A DNA stretch of 64,000 nt. Source: a virus. The DNA lies in IMG/VR virus record IMGVR_UViG_3300032053_011398; one strand, 5' to 3'. A model generated the notes under the pieces. It searched no databases. It was not told where the DNA came from and saw only the letters and a program-made list of their open reading frames with translations. Shown piece by piece: positions 9,816 to 19,013 of the stretch; the first letter of the stretch is position 1, and each line of letters begins with the position of its first letter. A program made the translations under genes and the position numbers.

Positions 9816-12800
9816 GTAATAACTATTGGCCCGTAGGTGGGCAGCACCGGCGGCGGCGGATCAGAGATCATCGCGGGTGCCCCCATAAGCAAATCCTGAC
9901 GGCGCTCGCCCGTCGTCGCCGTCAGCACGTTCGAGATTGGATACCGCGAAGTATAAGTGTCGTTCGCGCTGTAAATCTTGGACTCATGCGTGTAGCCGTA
10001 GGCCGTGCCCCAGCTTGTCAGCGCCGCCATCCAACCGCCTGGCGTCGCGGGGAAGTCGTTGCTCCCGGTGCTGACCTCGGTCAATTGGCTGCCTGTGGCG
10101 ATAAGCTTCAGCTCGTAGAGCGTCGTGTTGAGCCGGATCAGCCGGAAACCGGAAATGGCGAGCTGGCGGGCGGTGCCCCGCGCCGCATCCCGCAAAGCGT
10201 TATACCAATTGAAGTCCAGCAGCCACGTGTTGTTGTAGCCGAGCGTCCGGCCCGGCAGCACGTGCGGCAGCGTGAAATCGAACGTGTCGATCTGGCTGAA
10301 GTTAGCCCCGATCTTGCCCTGGCAGAGCCGCGCTTCAAACGGGAAATCTCCCACCGTGACGACGACCTTGAACCCGTCGAAGTTCTCATCCACCTGGCCG
10401 ATGTTGCCCGATATGACCTCCAACCGGTAGTTGCCCGGCAACGCTGTCTGGTCAAGCTCAAACGTAATTTGACCGTTGTCGGCCAAAGCCGCCACTCCCT
10501 GGGAGAGGCCGAAGCCGCTCTCGTTGGCCCAGTGCCCATAGGCAACCGCGCCGGACTCGTTGACGACGACTTCCTCGTTGCCATACATGTAAATCCAGGG
10601 TGAATAAAGCGTGCCGGAGTAGGCAGCGGCATAGACCTGGCCCGCCGCGTTCACGCGGAGCTGCGTGTGGTAGCCGCAGTTGGTGAGCGCGACCTCCGCG
10701 CCCGTGGGCTGGTCCGCGTAACGCAGCTTGGCCGGATGCAGGATTTTAGCGGACCCCGGCGTGCGGAGTTGAACGTCGTAAGTGCCCGCCGAAGGCAAAA
10801 CACTGCCGCCCAGAATGGCTCCGCTGGAGGTGATGGCCCATGCGCCGTCGTCGGTCGTGGTGTCGGTGCCATAAACGACCACGAGTTGGCCGGGAAAGAC
10901 GGTGCCATAGGACGTAACGCCCACGCAATGGGTTCCGCCCAAGCCTGCCGAAGCGACAACTTGCAGCAGGGGCGAATAAGTGCCCTCCGTGCCCGCAAGC
11001 ACCAGCTCCGCATCCGTCCGTAGGGTGAAAATCCTCTCTGCGGCTAAGCCGAAAGCGTTGATTCCGCTGCGGATGACCTTGACTTCATAAACGTAGCTGT
11101 CGTCGCCCCTGACCCAAATGCGGTCGCGGCAGGCATTAGTTGCCTGGAGCGGGTTGGGCCAAGGGCGGAGGATGCCGGTGTCGATGTAGGTCGGCGGGAT
11201 GCCATAGATCGTGCTGCCTGATTGAAGCAGTTGCAGCGCGAGCGGCGTCGGGCAATCAAAGAGCCATGCGGTATTGACGCCGCCGTATCCGCTTCCCCAA
11301 GTCGAAACGACCACTGTGCCTGCGGCAGTCAGGGTGTCCCACTGGAGGCCCAAGAATTGCTTAGCTGGCAGGTTGACGCCGGAACCGATGCCTGTCTCCT
11401 TGAAGCGGGATTGGGCTTGATACTGGCCGGTCGCGTCGTAGCGCGAGACCCAAGCTTCCGAAGGCGTTTTGATGGATGACGGCAGCAGGTCAGGCGAGAT
11501 GTAGCCGCTGTCCAGCACCCGGACGCCATAACGGTCGTAATCGTTGACGCTCGTTAAGAAGGCCGGGCGGTAGAGGCACGCCGTAGGCGTCGGGTTGTGG
11601 TAGCGAACCAGTTCCAGCTCCTCCATTGTTTTGGCGGAGTTCCAGACGCGGAGGTCGTGGACGTAAAAACCTCCAGCACAGCCGGTGACCGAGATGGGGG
11701 CCGTGTCGCTCCAGGTCTGGCCATTCCAGGTCTGCGAGTCCACGAGCACGGCGGGAGTGTCCATCCGGCCTTGGTAAAACTTCCAGTAGCCGGTGCCGTC
11801 GGCTGGATCGTAAGTGAAGGCGCAGAAAGTCCAGCCCGGATTGAGAACAGCCCCGGCCAAGATCGGGTGCAAAGCCCCGGTGTTATCCGTTCCATCCACG
11901 CTGATCGCGCTGCCCATGAGCAACTTTATCGAACCGATGCCCAAGATTTCTGTGCCCGGAGCCGAACCTTCGGGGCGCATGATCCAGAAGCTCACTGTGA
12001 CCGGCCCGGCCAAGTTGCGCGTGCGGTCGGTGGAACCGAGCGAAAGCCCCACGTTTGCGTGCAGGTGCCAGCCGCGCCACGGGTCATATTCGCGGCTCAA
12101 AGGGACCACGTTCCGGTGCAGCAGGCTGTCCCCGATAACCGAGTGGTCGGCGGTCACGGTCGAATTATAGGGGTGCTCGTTGAAGGGGAACCAAGCGACC
12201 AGGTTATCACGATGATGCTTTCCAAAGAACTTGACGGGATCAGCGACCAGGACGCCTTGAACCAGACCGAAGTGGTAGAGCCTCCAGCCGGGGTTAAACG
12301 CCCAGTCCATGTCATCGACGCAGTGGTCAACACCCAAGTCTTCGACCCAAACACCATCAAGGGTCTCCTGGGACAGCGTGCGCCGGGGCAATTCTTCCCG
12401 CTGGCGCGGATTAAGCGTGGCCAGATCGCAGAAAGTTCCCGTATAACCAATGGCCATTTGGCCCGGCTCATAGGGGGTCAAAGATCGAACCTCAACCTGG
12501 AAGTTGGGAGGATGCGGCCCATGCGCGGCCAAACTGACATCGTATTGCGCCCCGGTCTGGCTGAAGACCGCGATGCTTTGGCCAACTTGCGTGACCGTCA
12601 CATCCGGCGTCGGCGGATTGTAAGTCGCCCGGTCAATCAGTTCGCCGCCATTCACCAGGTCGCGCCGCCAGGGATACTCGTCGGCCAAGTCCATCATCGG
12701 CTCGTCCAGCTCATCTTCCGGCCTCTCCTGATAGCCGCGCACGCATTCGGGCTTGGTCAAGCTCCAGTCGTCGATGGTCGCGCCGTAAATCGTCTCCACG

Positions 12801-15800
12801 TGAGCTTGCAATCGGGTGGGCGTAGCAACCAGCAGCATGGCCCCGGAATCCGTCGTTGCCGTGACCGGATAGGTCGCGCTTGTCGCATACTCCACAATGG
12901 CATCAGGATCGTGATAGTCCGTGCCTGCCGTGCTAAACACAGCCGGACCAGGAGGTCCGTCCAAGCCGATGATGATGCGCGTAAGCCCACCCGAAAGCGA
13001 CCGAGCATAGGCATGAACATGACCGCTCATGGTCAGGTCAGCGCCCCAGCCTTTCCAGGGCCAATCCGTGCGCGGATACTGCCCGGCCCCGTGACCGCTG
13101 TTCCACGCATCGGACTCCCAATCTGGATGGTGATACATCACGATCTTCCAGGGCGCTTGAGACCGTTTTAACCAGTCCTTGATGAGCGCGGCCTGGATGC
13201 TGTTCATCCGGTCGATCCGAACCCGCCCCGTGACAATCGCCGCCGTGTGGTCAAGCACCATGTCGGCCTGGATCACATCGCCGCCATAATAACGCTTGCC
13301 CTGGTAATCGACGTAATTGCTGCCAGGATTGGCGATGACGCGGTATTTTCGAGCCTGGCGCAGCACGACCCAGACCGGAGCGGGGTCAAGGCAAGGCTCG
13401 CCGTAGGCCAGAGCATACGTCGGCCCGGCCAAGTCGGCGACGAACGTCATCAGATTGGTGTAGGTGCCGCCCTGGTAAACCACGTAATTGGGGCGGAGCC
13501 GGTCGCCTTTTTCCCCGTAAGAGATTTCGGTGTGAACAGTGTAGGTTACCCCCGCTTCGACCAGGATCGGATTGGCGGACGCCGGTGCCTTGGCACCCGC
13601 GCCAATCGGAGAAAACGGGGCCTCGCACCAGTTTCCGTCCGGTTCAGGCGGCTTGCGGTTGTTGCCGGTGAAGCCGGGGTCGCCAGCGTTGTTATAGCCG
13701 TCGTTGACCACGAACAGCTCCACATGCCCGATGCGAACGTGGTAATAGCGGCCATTGCCCGGCAGGTAATCGAGGTAATTGTTCTCGATTGACAAATCCC
13801 AGTTGTTATTGAACTCGGCCCTGCGGCGAACCCAAGCGCCGCCTGTAGTCGTGAAGGTCGTGACGCCATTGATGCCGGTGAAGGTGTCGCCGTTATGGTA
13901 GATAACACCATTGTAAGTCACCGTATCCCCGCCTGTCAACGGCCAGACACGGTAAGTCTGACCCCAACCCTTGATGTCGCCGCTCGAAACCGGTTCAAAA
14001 TAAACCGGCGAATCAGGATTGTAGAAATCATGATTGCCGGGGCACCGAAAAAACTTGCCCGCGTTGATGAAATCCTGGGCGTTGATGAAGTCTCGGAAGA
14101 CGTGGCCCGGCCAGCCATACACCTGGCTGGCGTCGCCACAATGGAAGAAGGCATCCACGTTCCAGCCCCGGACCAGATTGTTGGCAGCCGCCTGCTCCGG
14201 GCTGTAGATCGAATCGCTCGTCACGCCGATATAGGTTGGGTCGCTCCAGATGGCGGGTTGCTCGCGCACGATCTCGGTCGAGGTCGGCTGGTAGTGGGCA
14301 TAGACCTTGATGTCCGAACCCGCCCCGACTCCAGCGGGGAAGTTGAACATCCACGACGAGTTGCTGTGGTCGTAGGTGCCGGTGACACTGAGGTCGGCGC
14401 TGCCGATCCTCATGTAGTCCGAGTTGTAAGGATCGCGCTCCTGGGTCAGCGCGGAGACCGCGTCGCCGCTTTGCACGCTGAAGGTGACCGCGTAAGGCGG
14501 GTAGGGATAGCCGGACAGCGTGCCACTGTAGGTCGCTATGCCCGCAACTGCCGCAAAGACCGTCCCGAAAGAGCAGTAGTCCGCATAGCCCACCTGATCG
14601 CGCATCAGGTAGCCCATATTGACGTTGCGAGGCTGGCGCGTCGCGGGGCGCACTTCCTCCATCGCCTGAATGACCTGGAGGCCCGCCGCCGTGACCTCGG
14701 CGTGGTTGAGCTGCCGGTCGCCCAGGTCGGCCTGGGTGCGGTAGCTGACGGCGGTTTGCGAAGCCAGAGGATCGGTTTCGGTCAACCAGTCATGCAGGAC
14801 GGTCGCCTGCGCGAACGACCCGTTCTTCCAGGGCCGGTAAGGCGAACTGGCCTGCGAACCGAAATTGGCGCTGGTGCCGCTGGCCTGAAGGTCTTTGTTG
14901 GGGTCGGCGACGCTGACCCCAAACCGCGTCTCGGCCCGGTCAAAGTCTATGGCCAGGCTGAGATCGAAATAAGAGCTGCGATACTTAATGGCCGACAACT
15001 GCTCGTTCACCGAGATCAAACGATGCGTCCCCTGGTTCCAAGACTGAACATGAACGGCCAAGCCATTGAAACTGGAACCTGCCGCGACGGCCTCGAACTT
15101 CATCCCCGTGCCGGACGGGTTGACGAAGGCTTTGGTCTCCGGCCCGCCGCCCGTCAAGATGTAGGGCGAGAGCGCCGGGTCAAGGTCAATCGGGTTGGTG
15201 CCGATGATTCCGACCTTGAAGAAGGGGTTGAAACCATTGATGACCTGCGTGTAAAACTCGGTGCTGTTGGTGCCGAACCGGGCCGTGGCCGTGCCCGACC
15301 AGGCGTAGTAGGGGCCGTCCGTCAAGTTCCACGGATCGTAAAAATTGTCGCGCACCTGCTTCGGGTAGAAGTCAGGCACTTCCGAGAAGTCCGGGTCGTT
15401 GGCCGGATCGCCCACATCATTGGGCACGCGGGGGCTGAGACGCTGCCACAACGGGGTCATCCGCACGTCGTCGAAGCCCAGAAGACGACCCAGTGTCTCG
15501 AAGGACTCCGCCGTGCCCTTGAATTGAAGACGGGGAAACCAGGTCTGAAGCAGGCGGCGAGAGTCCGAGTTCTCGTTGACCGGATCGAGAGCCGCCGACC
15601 GATAAAGCACCGCGCCCACTGTCGCGGCCAGGTAGGGCAGCACGTTGGCGTCCACCAGCCGGAGCATGTCCACGCCATAGGCCGCGCTGAGCAGGACGTG
15701 TTCTTCATCGAGCTGAAGTTGAGCCGCAACCCAAGTAATGAGGTCGGCGCTGCCGCTCGCGGGGGTGTCATCCTTGATCTCCAAGGAGCGATTGTAAACT

Positions 15801-16042
15801 TTTCCTTTCGGAGACTGAATCCGGGCGATGACGGCATTAGGGGCGGCTCCAACGGCGTCGGACTCCGGCAATCCCTGGCCGGTGACCAACAGCTCGAACT
15901 TCGACATGTAGGCGCGGAGGTCGTCAACGCGGTCATTATACCCGCCAACAACTGCGCTAATCAGCCCTTGCTCATCAAGCGAGATTATCCCTTCCGGCAG
16001 AAGGTTATACAGCTTGTCCTCGCTGAGGTTTTGCAGACTCAT
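9812..16042 (-). CDS. Giant baseplate wedge-like protein with an inserted metallophosphoesterase and a LamG-like domain
   Basis: N-terminal LPYLAATVG...KGTAESFETLGRLLG (P2 gpI/T4 gp7-like); TSD, CGD, PGNHD, YHHP and GHVH calcineurin-like motifs; VSFWI, CAFTYD and DLRVWN LamG motifs. Confidence 0.75.
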   Translation of the reverse strand: MSLQNLSEDKLYNLLPEGIISLDEQGLISAVVGGYNDRVDDLRAYMSKFELLVTGQGLPESDAVGAAPNAVIARIQSPKGKVYNRSLEIKDDTPASGSADLITWVAAQLQLDEEHVLLSAAYGVDMLRLVDANVLPYLAATVGAVLYRSAALDPVNENSDSRRLLQTWFPRLQFKGTAESFETLGRLLGFDDVRMTPLWQRLSPRVPNDVGDPANDPDFSEVPDFYPKQVRDNFYDPWNLTDGPYYAWSGTATARFGTNSTEFYTQVINGFNPFFKVGIIGTNPIDLDPALSPYILTGGGPETKAFVNPSGTGMKFEAVAAGSSFNGLAVHVQSWNQGTHRLISVNEQLSAIKYRSSYFDLSLAIDFDRAETRFGVSVADPNKDLQASGTSANFGSQASSPYRPWKNGSFAQATVLHDWLTETDPLASQTAVSYRTQADLGDRQLNHAEVTAAGLQVIQAMEEVRPATRQPRNVNMGYLMRDQVGYADYCSFGTVFAAVAGIATYSGTLSGYPYPPYAVTFSVQSGDAVSALTQERDPYNSDYMRIGSADLSVTGTYDHSNSSWMFNFPAGVGAGSDIKVYAHYQPTSTEIVREQPAIWSDPTYIGVTSDSIYSPEQAAANNLVRGWNVDAFFHCGDASQVYGWPGHVFRDFINAQDFINAGKFFRCPGNHDFYNPDSPVYFEPVSSGDIKGWGQTYRVWPLTGGDTVTYNGVIYHNGDTFTGINGVTTFTTTGGAWVRRRAEFNNNWDLSIENNYLDYLPGNGRYYHVRIGHVELFVVNDGYNNAGDPGFTGNNRKPPEPDGNWCEAPFSPIGAGAKAPASANPILVEAGVTYTVHTEISYGEKGDRLRPNYVVYQGGTYTNLMTFVADLAGPTYALAYGEPCLDPAPVWVVLRQARKYRVIANPGSNYVDYQGKRYYGGDVIQADMVLDHTAAIVTGRVRIDRMNSIQAALIKDWLKRSQAPWKIVMYHHPDWESDAWNSGHGAGQYPRTDWPWKGWGADLTMSGHVHAYARSLSGGLTRIIIGLDGPPGPAVFSTAGTDYHDPDAIVEYATSATYPVTATTDSGAMLLVATPTRLQAHVETIYGATIDDWSLTKPECVRGYQERPEDELDEPMMDLADEYPWRRDLVNGGELIDRATYNPPTPDVTVTQVGQSIAVFSQTGAQYDVSLAAHGPHPPNFQVEVRSLTPYEPGQMAIGYTGTFCDLATLNPRQREELPRRTLSQETLDGVWVEDLGVDHCVDDMDWAFNPGWRLYHFGLVQGVLVADPVKFFGKHHRDNLVAWFPFNEHPYNSTVTADHSVIGDSLLHRNVVPLSREYDPWRGWHLHANVGLSLGSTDRTRNLAGPVTVSFWIMRPEGSAPGTEILGIGSIKLLMGSAISVDGTDNTGALHPILAGAVLNPGWTFCAFTYDPADGTGYWKFYQGRMDTPAVLVDSQTWNGQTWSDTAPISVTGCAGGFYVHDLRVWNSAKTMEELELVRYHNPTPTACLYRPAFLTSVNDYDRYGVRVLDSGYISPDLLPSSIKTPSEAWVSRYDATGQYQAQSRFKETGIGSGVNLPAKQFLGLQWDTLTAAGTVVVSTWGSGYGGVNTAWLFDCPTPLALQLLQSGSTIYGIPPTYIDTGILRPWPNPLQATNACRDRIWVRGDDSYVYEVKVIRSGINAFGLAAERIFTLRTDAELVLAGTEGTYSPLLQVVASAGLGGTHCVGVTSYGTVFPGQLVVVYGTDTTTDDGAWAITSSGAILGGSVLPSAGTYDVQLRTPGSAKILHPAKLRYADQPTGAEVALTNCGYHTQLRVNAAGQVYAAAYSGTLYSPWIYMYGNEEVVVNESGAVAYGHWANESGFGLSQGVAALADNGQITFELDQTALPGNYRLEVISGNIGQVDENFDGFKVVVTVGDFPFEARLCQGKIGANFSQIDTFDFTLPHVLPGRTLGYNNTWLLDFNWYNALRDAARGTARQLAISGFRLIRLNTTLYELKLIATGSQLTEVSTGSNDFPATPGGWMAALTSWGTAYGYTHESKIYSANDTYTSRYPISNVLTATTGERRQDLLMGAPAMISDPPPPVLPTYGPIVIT

Positions 16043-16590
16043 GCCGCTCTAACTACGGAGGGAGATTCGCTTTGGTGAGGGCACACACCGCGCAGCCCGT
16101 AAGCCATATTACAGTTCGCGCACAATGTTCGGTATCCAGGCGGGAAACCCTCTCGCCTGAGCTTGAACAACAGCTTCAAGCTGGTTAAACCGCCCTGTCT
16201 CTCTTTGCCGCCGCCTCCGCTGGCATGATCGAGGCACAAAAACTCATAGTGAGCTTCGCCACAGCAAATGCAAGCCAGCACACCATTCCCGTAGGCGGTC
16301 AAAACCTTCTTTCGTAACTCTGTCTGATACAGCTTGTTGGGTCCACGGGCACCCGCTGAAACACACTTCTTACACCGAGCAATAAGACCAAAAGTATTTT
16401 TCTTGCTTCGGTTCGATCCGAAAAATTTAGCCGTGTAGGGCTTTGTTTCGCCACATTTGGTGCATTTCTTAGATAACGGCTTAATCTTCATGCGGCGTCG
16501 CCCACCGGCGCACCGAATCGAACAGTATTTTAGCTGAGCACTGCCTGGGTCTAGCGGGCTACCACAGTTGAGACAATTCTGATATGCCAT
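16039..16590 (-). CDS. HNH endonuclease (free-standing)
   Basis: CICCGE...LCLDH...GYRTLCANCN; N-terminal zinc fingers. Confidence 0.8.
   Translation of the reverse strand: MAYQNCLNCGSPLDPGSAQLKYCSIRCAGGRRRMKIKPLSKKCTKCGETKPYTAKFFGSNRSKKNTFGLIARCKKCVSAGARGPNKLYQTELRKKVLTAYGNGVLACICCGEAHYEFLCLDHASGGGGKERQGGLTSLKLLFKLRREGFPPGYRTLCANCNMAYGLRGVCPHQSESPSVVRAA
16050..16056 (-). promoter_or_regulatory. GTAGTTA motif 7 nt upstream of the wedge gene ATG
   Basis: Recurrent motif; lies inside the 3' end of the HNH gene. Confidence 0.6.
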
Positions 16591-16641
16591 GCCTCAATAC
16601 TGGTATATATTCGGCTCGCACTCAAGCCAATTCCACCTTAT

Positions 16642-18588
16642 TCATTCGATTAGATTTGGTTTACCTAAAAAAAGGCGCAGCTTATCCCCCGTTCCGGCTT
16701 TAGAAAACAAAACTGATTTGACGAGAAACCTAAGATCAGCAGGAGTTGGCTCAGCCAACAGCCGTTTACCCACTAATTCCCGGCACGTTCCTTTGGTAAT
16801 GTAGCAGACAGTTAAGTGGGGGCGAAATTCTGGATGTTCATCGGAATTTGGTAGCTGGCTAAGGCGTGCGTTCAACTGGCGCAAAACGTCGCTTTCCACG
16901 TCAAACTTGAGCACATCGTAATCCGGTGAAGATTCAAACAAAGAGCAACCCATTACCTCGATCTCAAAAGGCTGCGTTTCTTCCAGAATTTTAAGAAGTT
17001 GAGGTCCAGGTTCCGTCTCACAAAGACCATACTTGCAAGTGACGTGCGGGTCCGTCTCGCGGCCAAAACCCGGCTCGTCACCAGTGTAAATCTCATCATC
17101 CATCACATACATCTGGCCCCACTTGATGAGAGCATCGGCCAGATTATCCGGGGCTTCGGCCAGCAGGCAGGAATACTCGCGGCTCTCGCACAAGCTCTCC
17201 AGCTCCAGGCGAAACTGGTTCTGGTCTTGCTCCGGGAACATCCATTGGCGCACCATGTGTTCGCTCGTGGTGCCAACCACTTTATCTAAATGGAGCGATT
17301 GGTCCCCGCCCGTGTCTTCGTCCCACTCCTCCCCCGCCAGGTCGCGGGCATTGTCGAACAGGGCGAAAAACTTGCCGTCATCCTCGAAGTCCAGCAGCGC
17401 ACTCTCCAGGTTGGGGAACTTGACGGCAAGGGCCTGTCGATAGTCGCGCTTGATCCAGCCGGTCCAAGCCTCCCAACGCTTCTCTTCCTCCAATTCGCTA
17501 TGGCCTTCCTCGTCGAGCAGGGGATAATTTTCCAGGCTCAGATAATCGGCCTGGAGATTGATAAACTCGTCCGGCGGGATGCTGGCCAAGTCCTCCTCGT
17601 CGATACCGACCTCCTCGCCGTTGTATCCCAACTTGTGGATGGCAAGCCAGGGATACTTCCGCTTGAAATAAGCGGCGTTGGCCTTCTCCACCAGGCTGCC
17701 GCTGTAATCGGAGTGGGCAACCAGGGTGTAAAACCCATTTTGCTCGCTAAGGTTTTCCATGAGCCAGGCCAGCATCACTTCGGGGTTGGCGATCTTGGAT
17801 GAGCGCATCACGTCGGAGAGCATGTCCTCCTCCTCGTCATCGTCCAGCGCAGCCTCGAACATGTCCAATTGCTCCTCCTTGGGCCGGTCGCCCAGGGAGA
17901 GCTTGAGCTGGTTCTTGGCGGAATACATGGCATCGTGGAGCTTGGGCCAGGTTACCGCATCGGCCACATGGTCAACACTGATCGAAGGTTTATGCGACGT
18001 GTCCGTGTCCCAAAATTCTTCGGCTTTGGATGCCATCCGATTGAAAAACTGGAGTCCGCGTGGTCCGAAGATAAAATTCTCGATTTCGGCCCGTGGGTTC
18101 GTGGCCTTGAACTCCCCGCCGAACCTCTCCAGCATCGACTCCGCAAACTCCTTGGCATAGGTATCCTTCCAGGTTCTCTCGATGGCCTGCTGGGCGACCT
18201 CGCTCATGGTGTCATCATCGAGCGCATGACCGTGGATCGCTCGTTTGACATAACCCCGGAATGGATTCCACAGGGGCATCCAATCCAGCTTCTCCGGCTC
18301 CAGGAACAGCCGGTAGCTCAACTCGCTGCCATCCTGCTCCAGCCAGGGGAAAGTGCGGAGCATGAATACGTGGTTGGCGTGCTCGACCGTGCCCGGAAAC
18401 ATCATGCTGTAATCGGTGCCAGGTATCTCCCACATTTTTCGATCTTCGTCCCAATAGAGATTTTGACGCGCCCAATCCTCGCGGGACTCATATTCCCCAC
18501 TGCCTGCCAGCTCCTTCACGTCCAGCTCCGGCTCGTCATCCTCCAGGGCCTCGCCGATGTGCGGAATCAAATCAATCTCGTCACTCAT
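16642..18588 (-). CDS. Acidic multi-module protein with a C-terminal 2H phosphoesterase (Acb1/T4 gp57B-like)
   Basis: Two HxT motifs (DPHVTCKYG, RPHLTVCY); start set at the ATGA overlap with the upstream gene; acidic linker tags. Confidence 0.75.
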   Translation of the reverse strand: MSDEIDLIPHIGEALEDDEPELDVKELAGSGEYESREDWARQNLYWDEDRKMWEIPGTDYSMMFPGTVEHANHVFMLRTFPWLEQDGSELSYRLFLEPEKLDWMPLWNPFRGYVKRAIHGHALDDDTMSEVAQQAIERTWKDTYAKEFAESMLERFGGEFKATNPRAEIENFIFGPRGLQFFNRMASKAEEFWDTDTSHKPSISVDHVADAVTWPKLHDAMYSAKNQLKLSLGDRPKEEQLDMFEAALDDDEEEDMLSDVMRSSKIANPEVMLAWLMENLSEQNGFYTLVAHSDYSGSLVEKANAAYFKRKYPWLAIHKLGYNGEEVGIDEEDLASIPPDEFINLQADYLSLENYPLLDEEGHSELEEEKRWEAWTGWIKRDYRQALAVKFPNLESALLDFEDDGKFFALFDNARDLAGEEWDEDTGGDQSLHLDKVVGTTSEHMVRQWMFPEQDQNQFRLELESLCESREYSCLLAEAPDNLADALIKWGQMYVMDDEIYTGDEPGFGRETDPHVTCKYGLCETEPGPQLLKILEETQPFEIEVMGCSLFESSPDYDVLKFDVESDVLRQLNARLSQLPNSDEHPEFRPHLTVCYITKGTCRELVGKRLLAEPTPADLRFLVKSVLFSKAGTGDKLRLFLGKPNLIE

Positions 18589-19010
18589 GGCCATTTGGTT
18601 CCTGGTGATTCGTTCACTACGATGGTCTGAACGTCGTTGGCCCAGTAGGGTGGGCGGTTGTTGGTGCCCCAAATCTCGATGTATTTCTGGCGCAGCGTGC
18701 CGATGTCATTCGTCCCGATGTAAATATAAACGCTGAAGCTGTCCGGCCCGCCTACGTCCACCGAGAACCGGCCCCATGGAAACTGATTCATCAGGCGTTC
18801 GACCGTGTTGAGGTCGGCCACGCCTTGGCCCGCGTAAACAGAGCAATCCCCCTGGCCCAGCTCGCGGTCGATGGGGGCCTGCCGCAGTTCCGCGTTGATG
18901 AGCCAACTGCCCCGCGTGGCCAGATAAACGATCTGCTCGTAGCTGAGCATGGGCTGGTGCTGGGCATTGATCTGCCAGACGTTGTTGTAGATGCAGATTT
19001 TGGGGATCAT
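18585..19010 (-). CDS. Hypothetical protein
   Basis: 141-aa ORF translationally coupled between two polyprotein-like genes. Confidence 0.7.
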   Translation of the reverse strand: MIPKICIYNNVWQINAQHQPMLSYEQIVYLATRGSWLINAELRQAPIDRELGQGDCSVYAGQGVADLNTVERLMNQFPWGRFSVDVGGPDSFSVYIYIGTNDIGTLRQKYIEIWGTNNRPPYWANDVQTIVVNESPGTKWP

Positions 19011-19013
19011 TTA

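Noticed and set aside
11597-16078. Long plus-strand ORFs (524 aa, 727 aa) and many similar antisense ORFs
   Set aside because: Shadow frames of GC3-biased minus-strand genes; no recognisable motifs.
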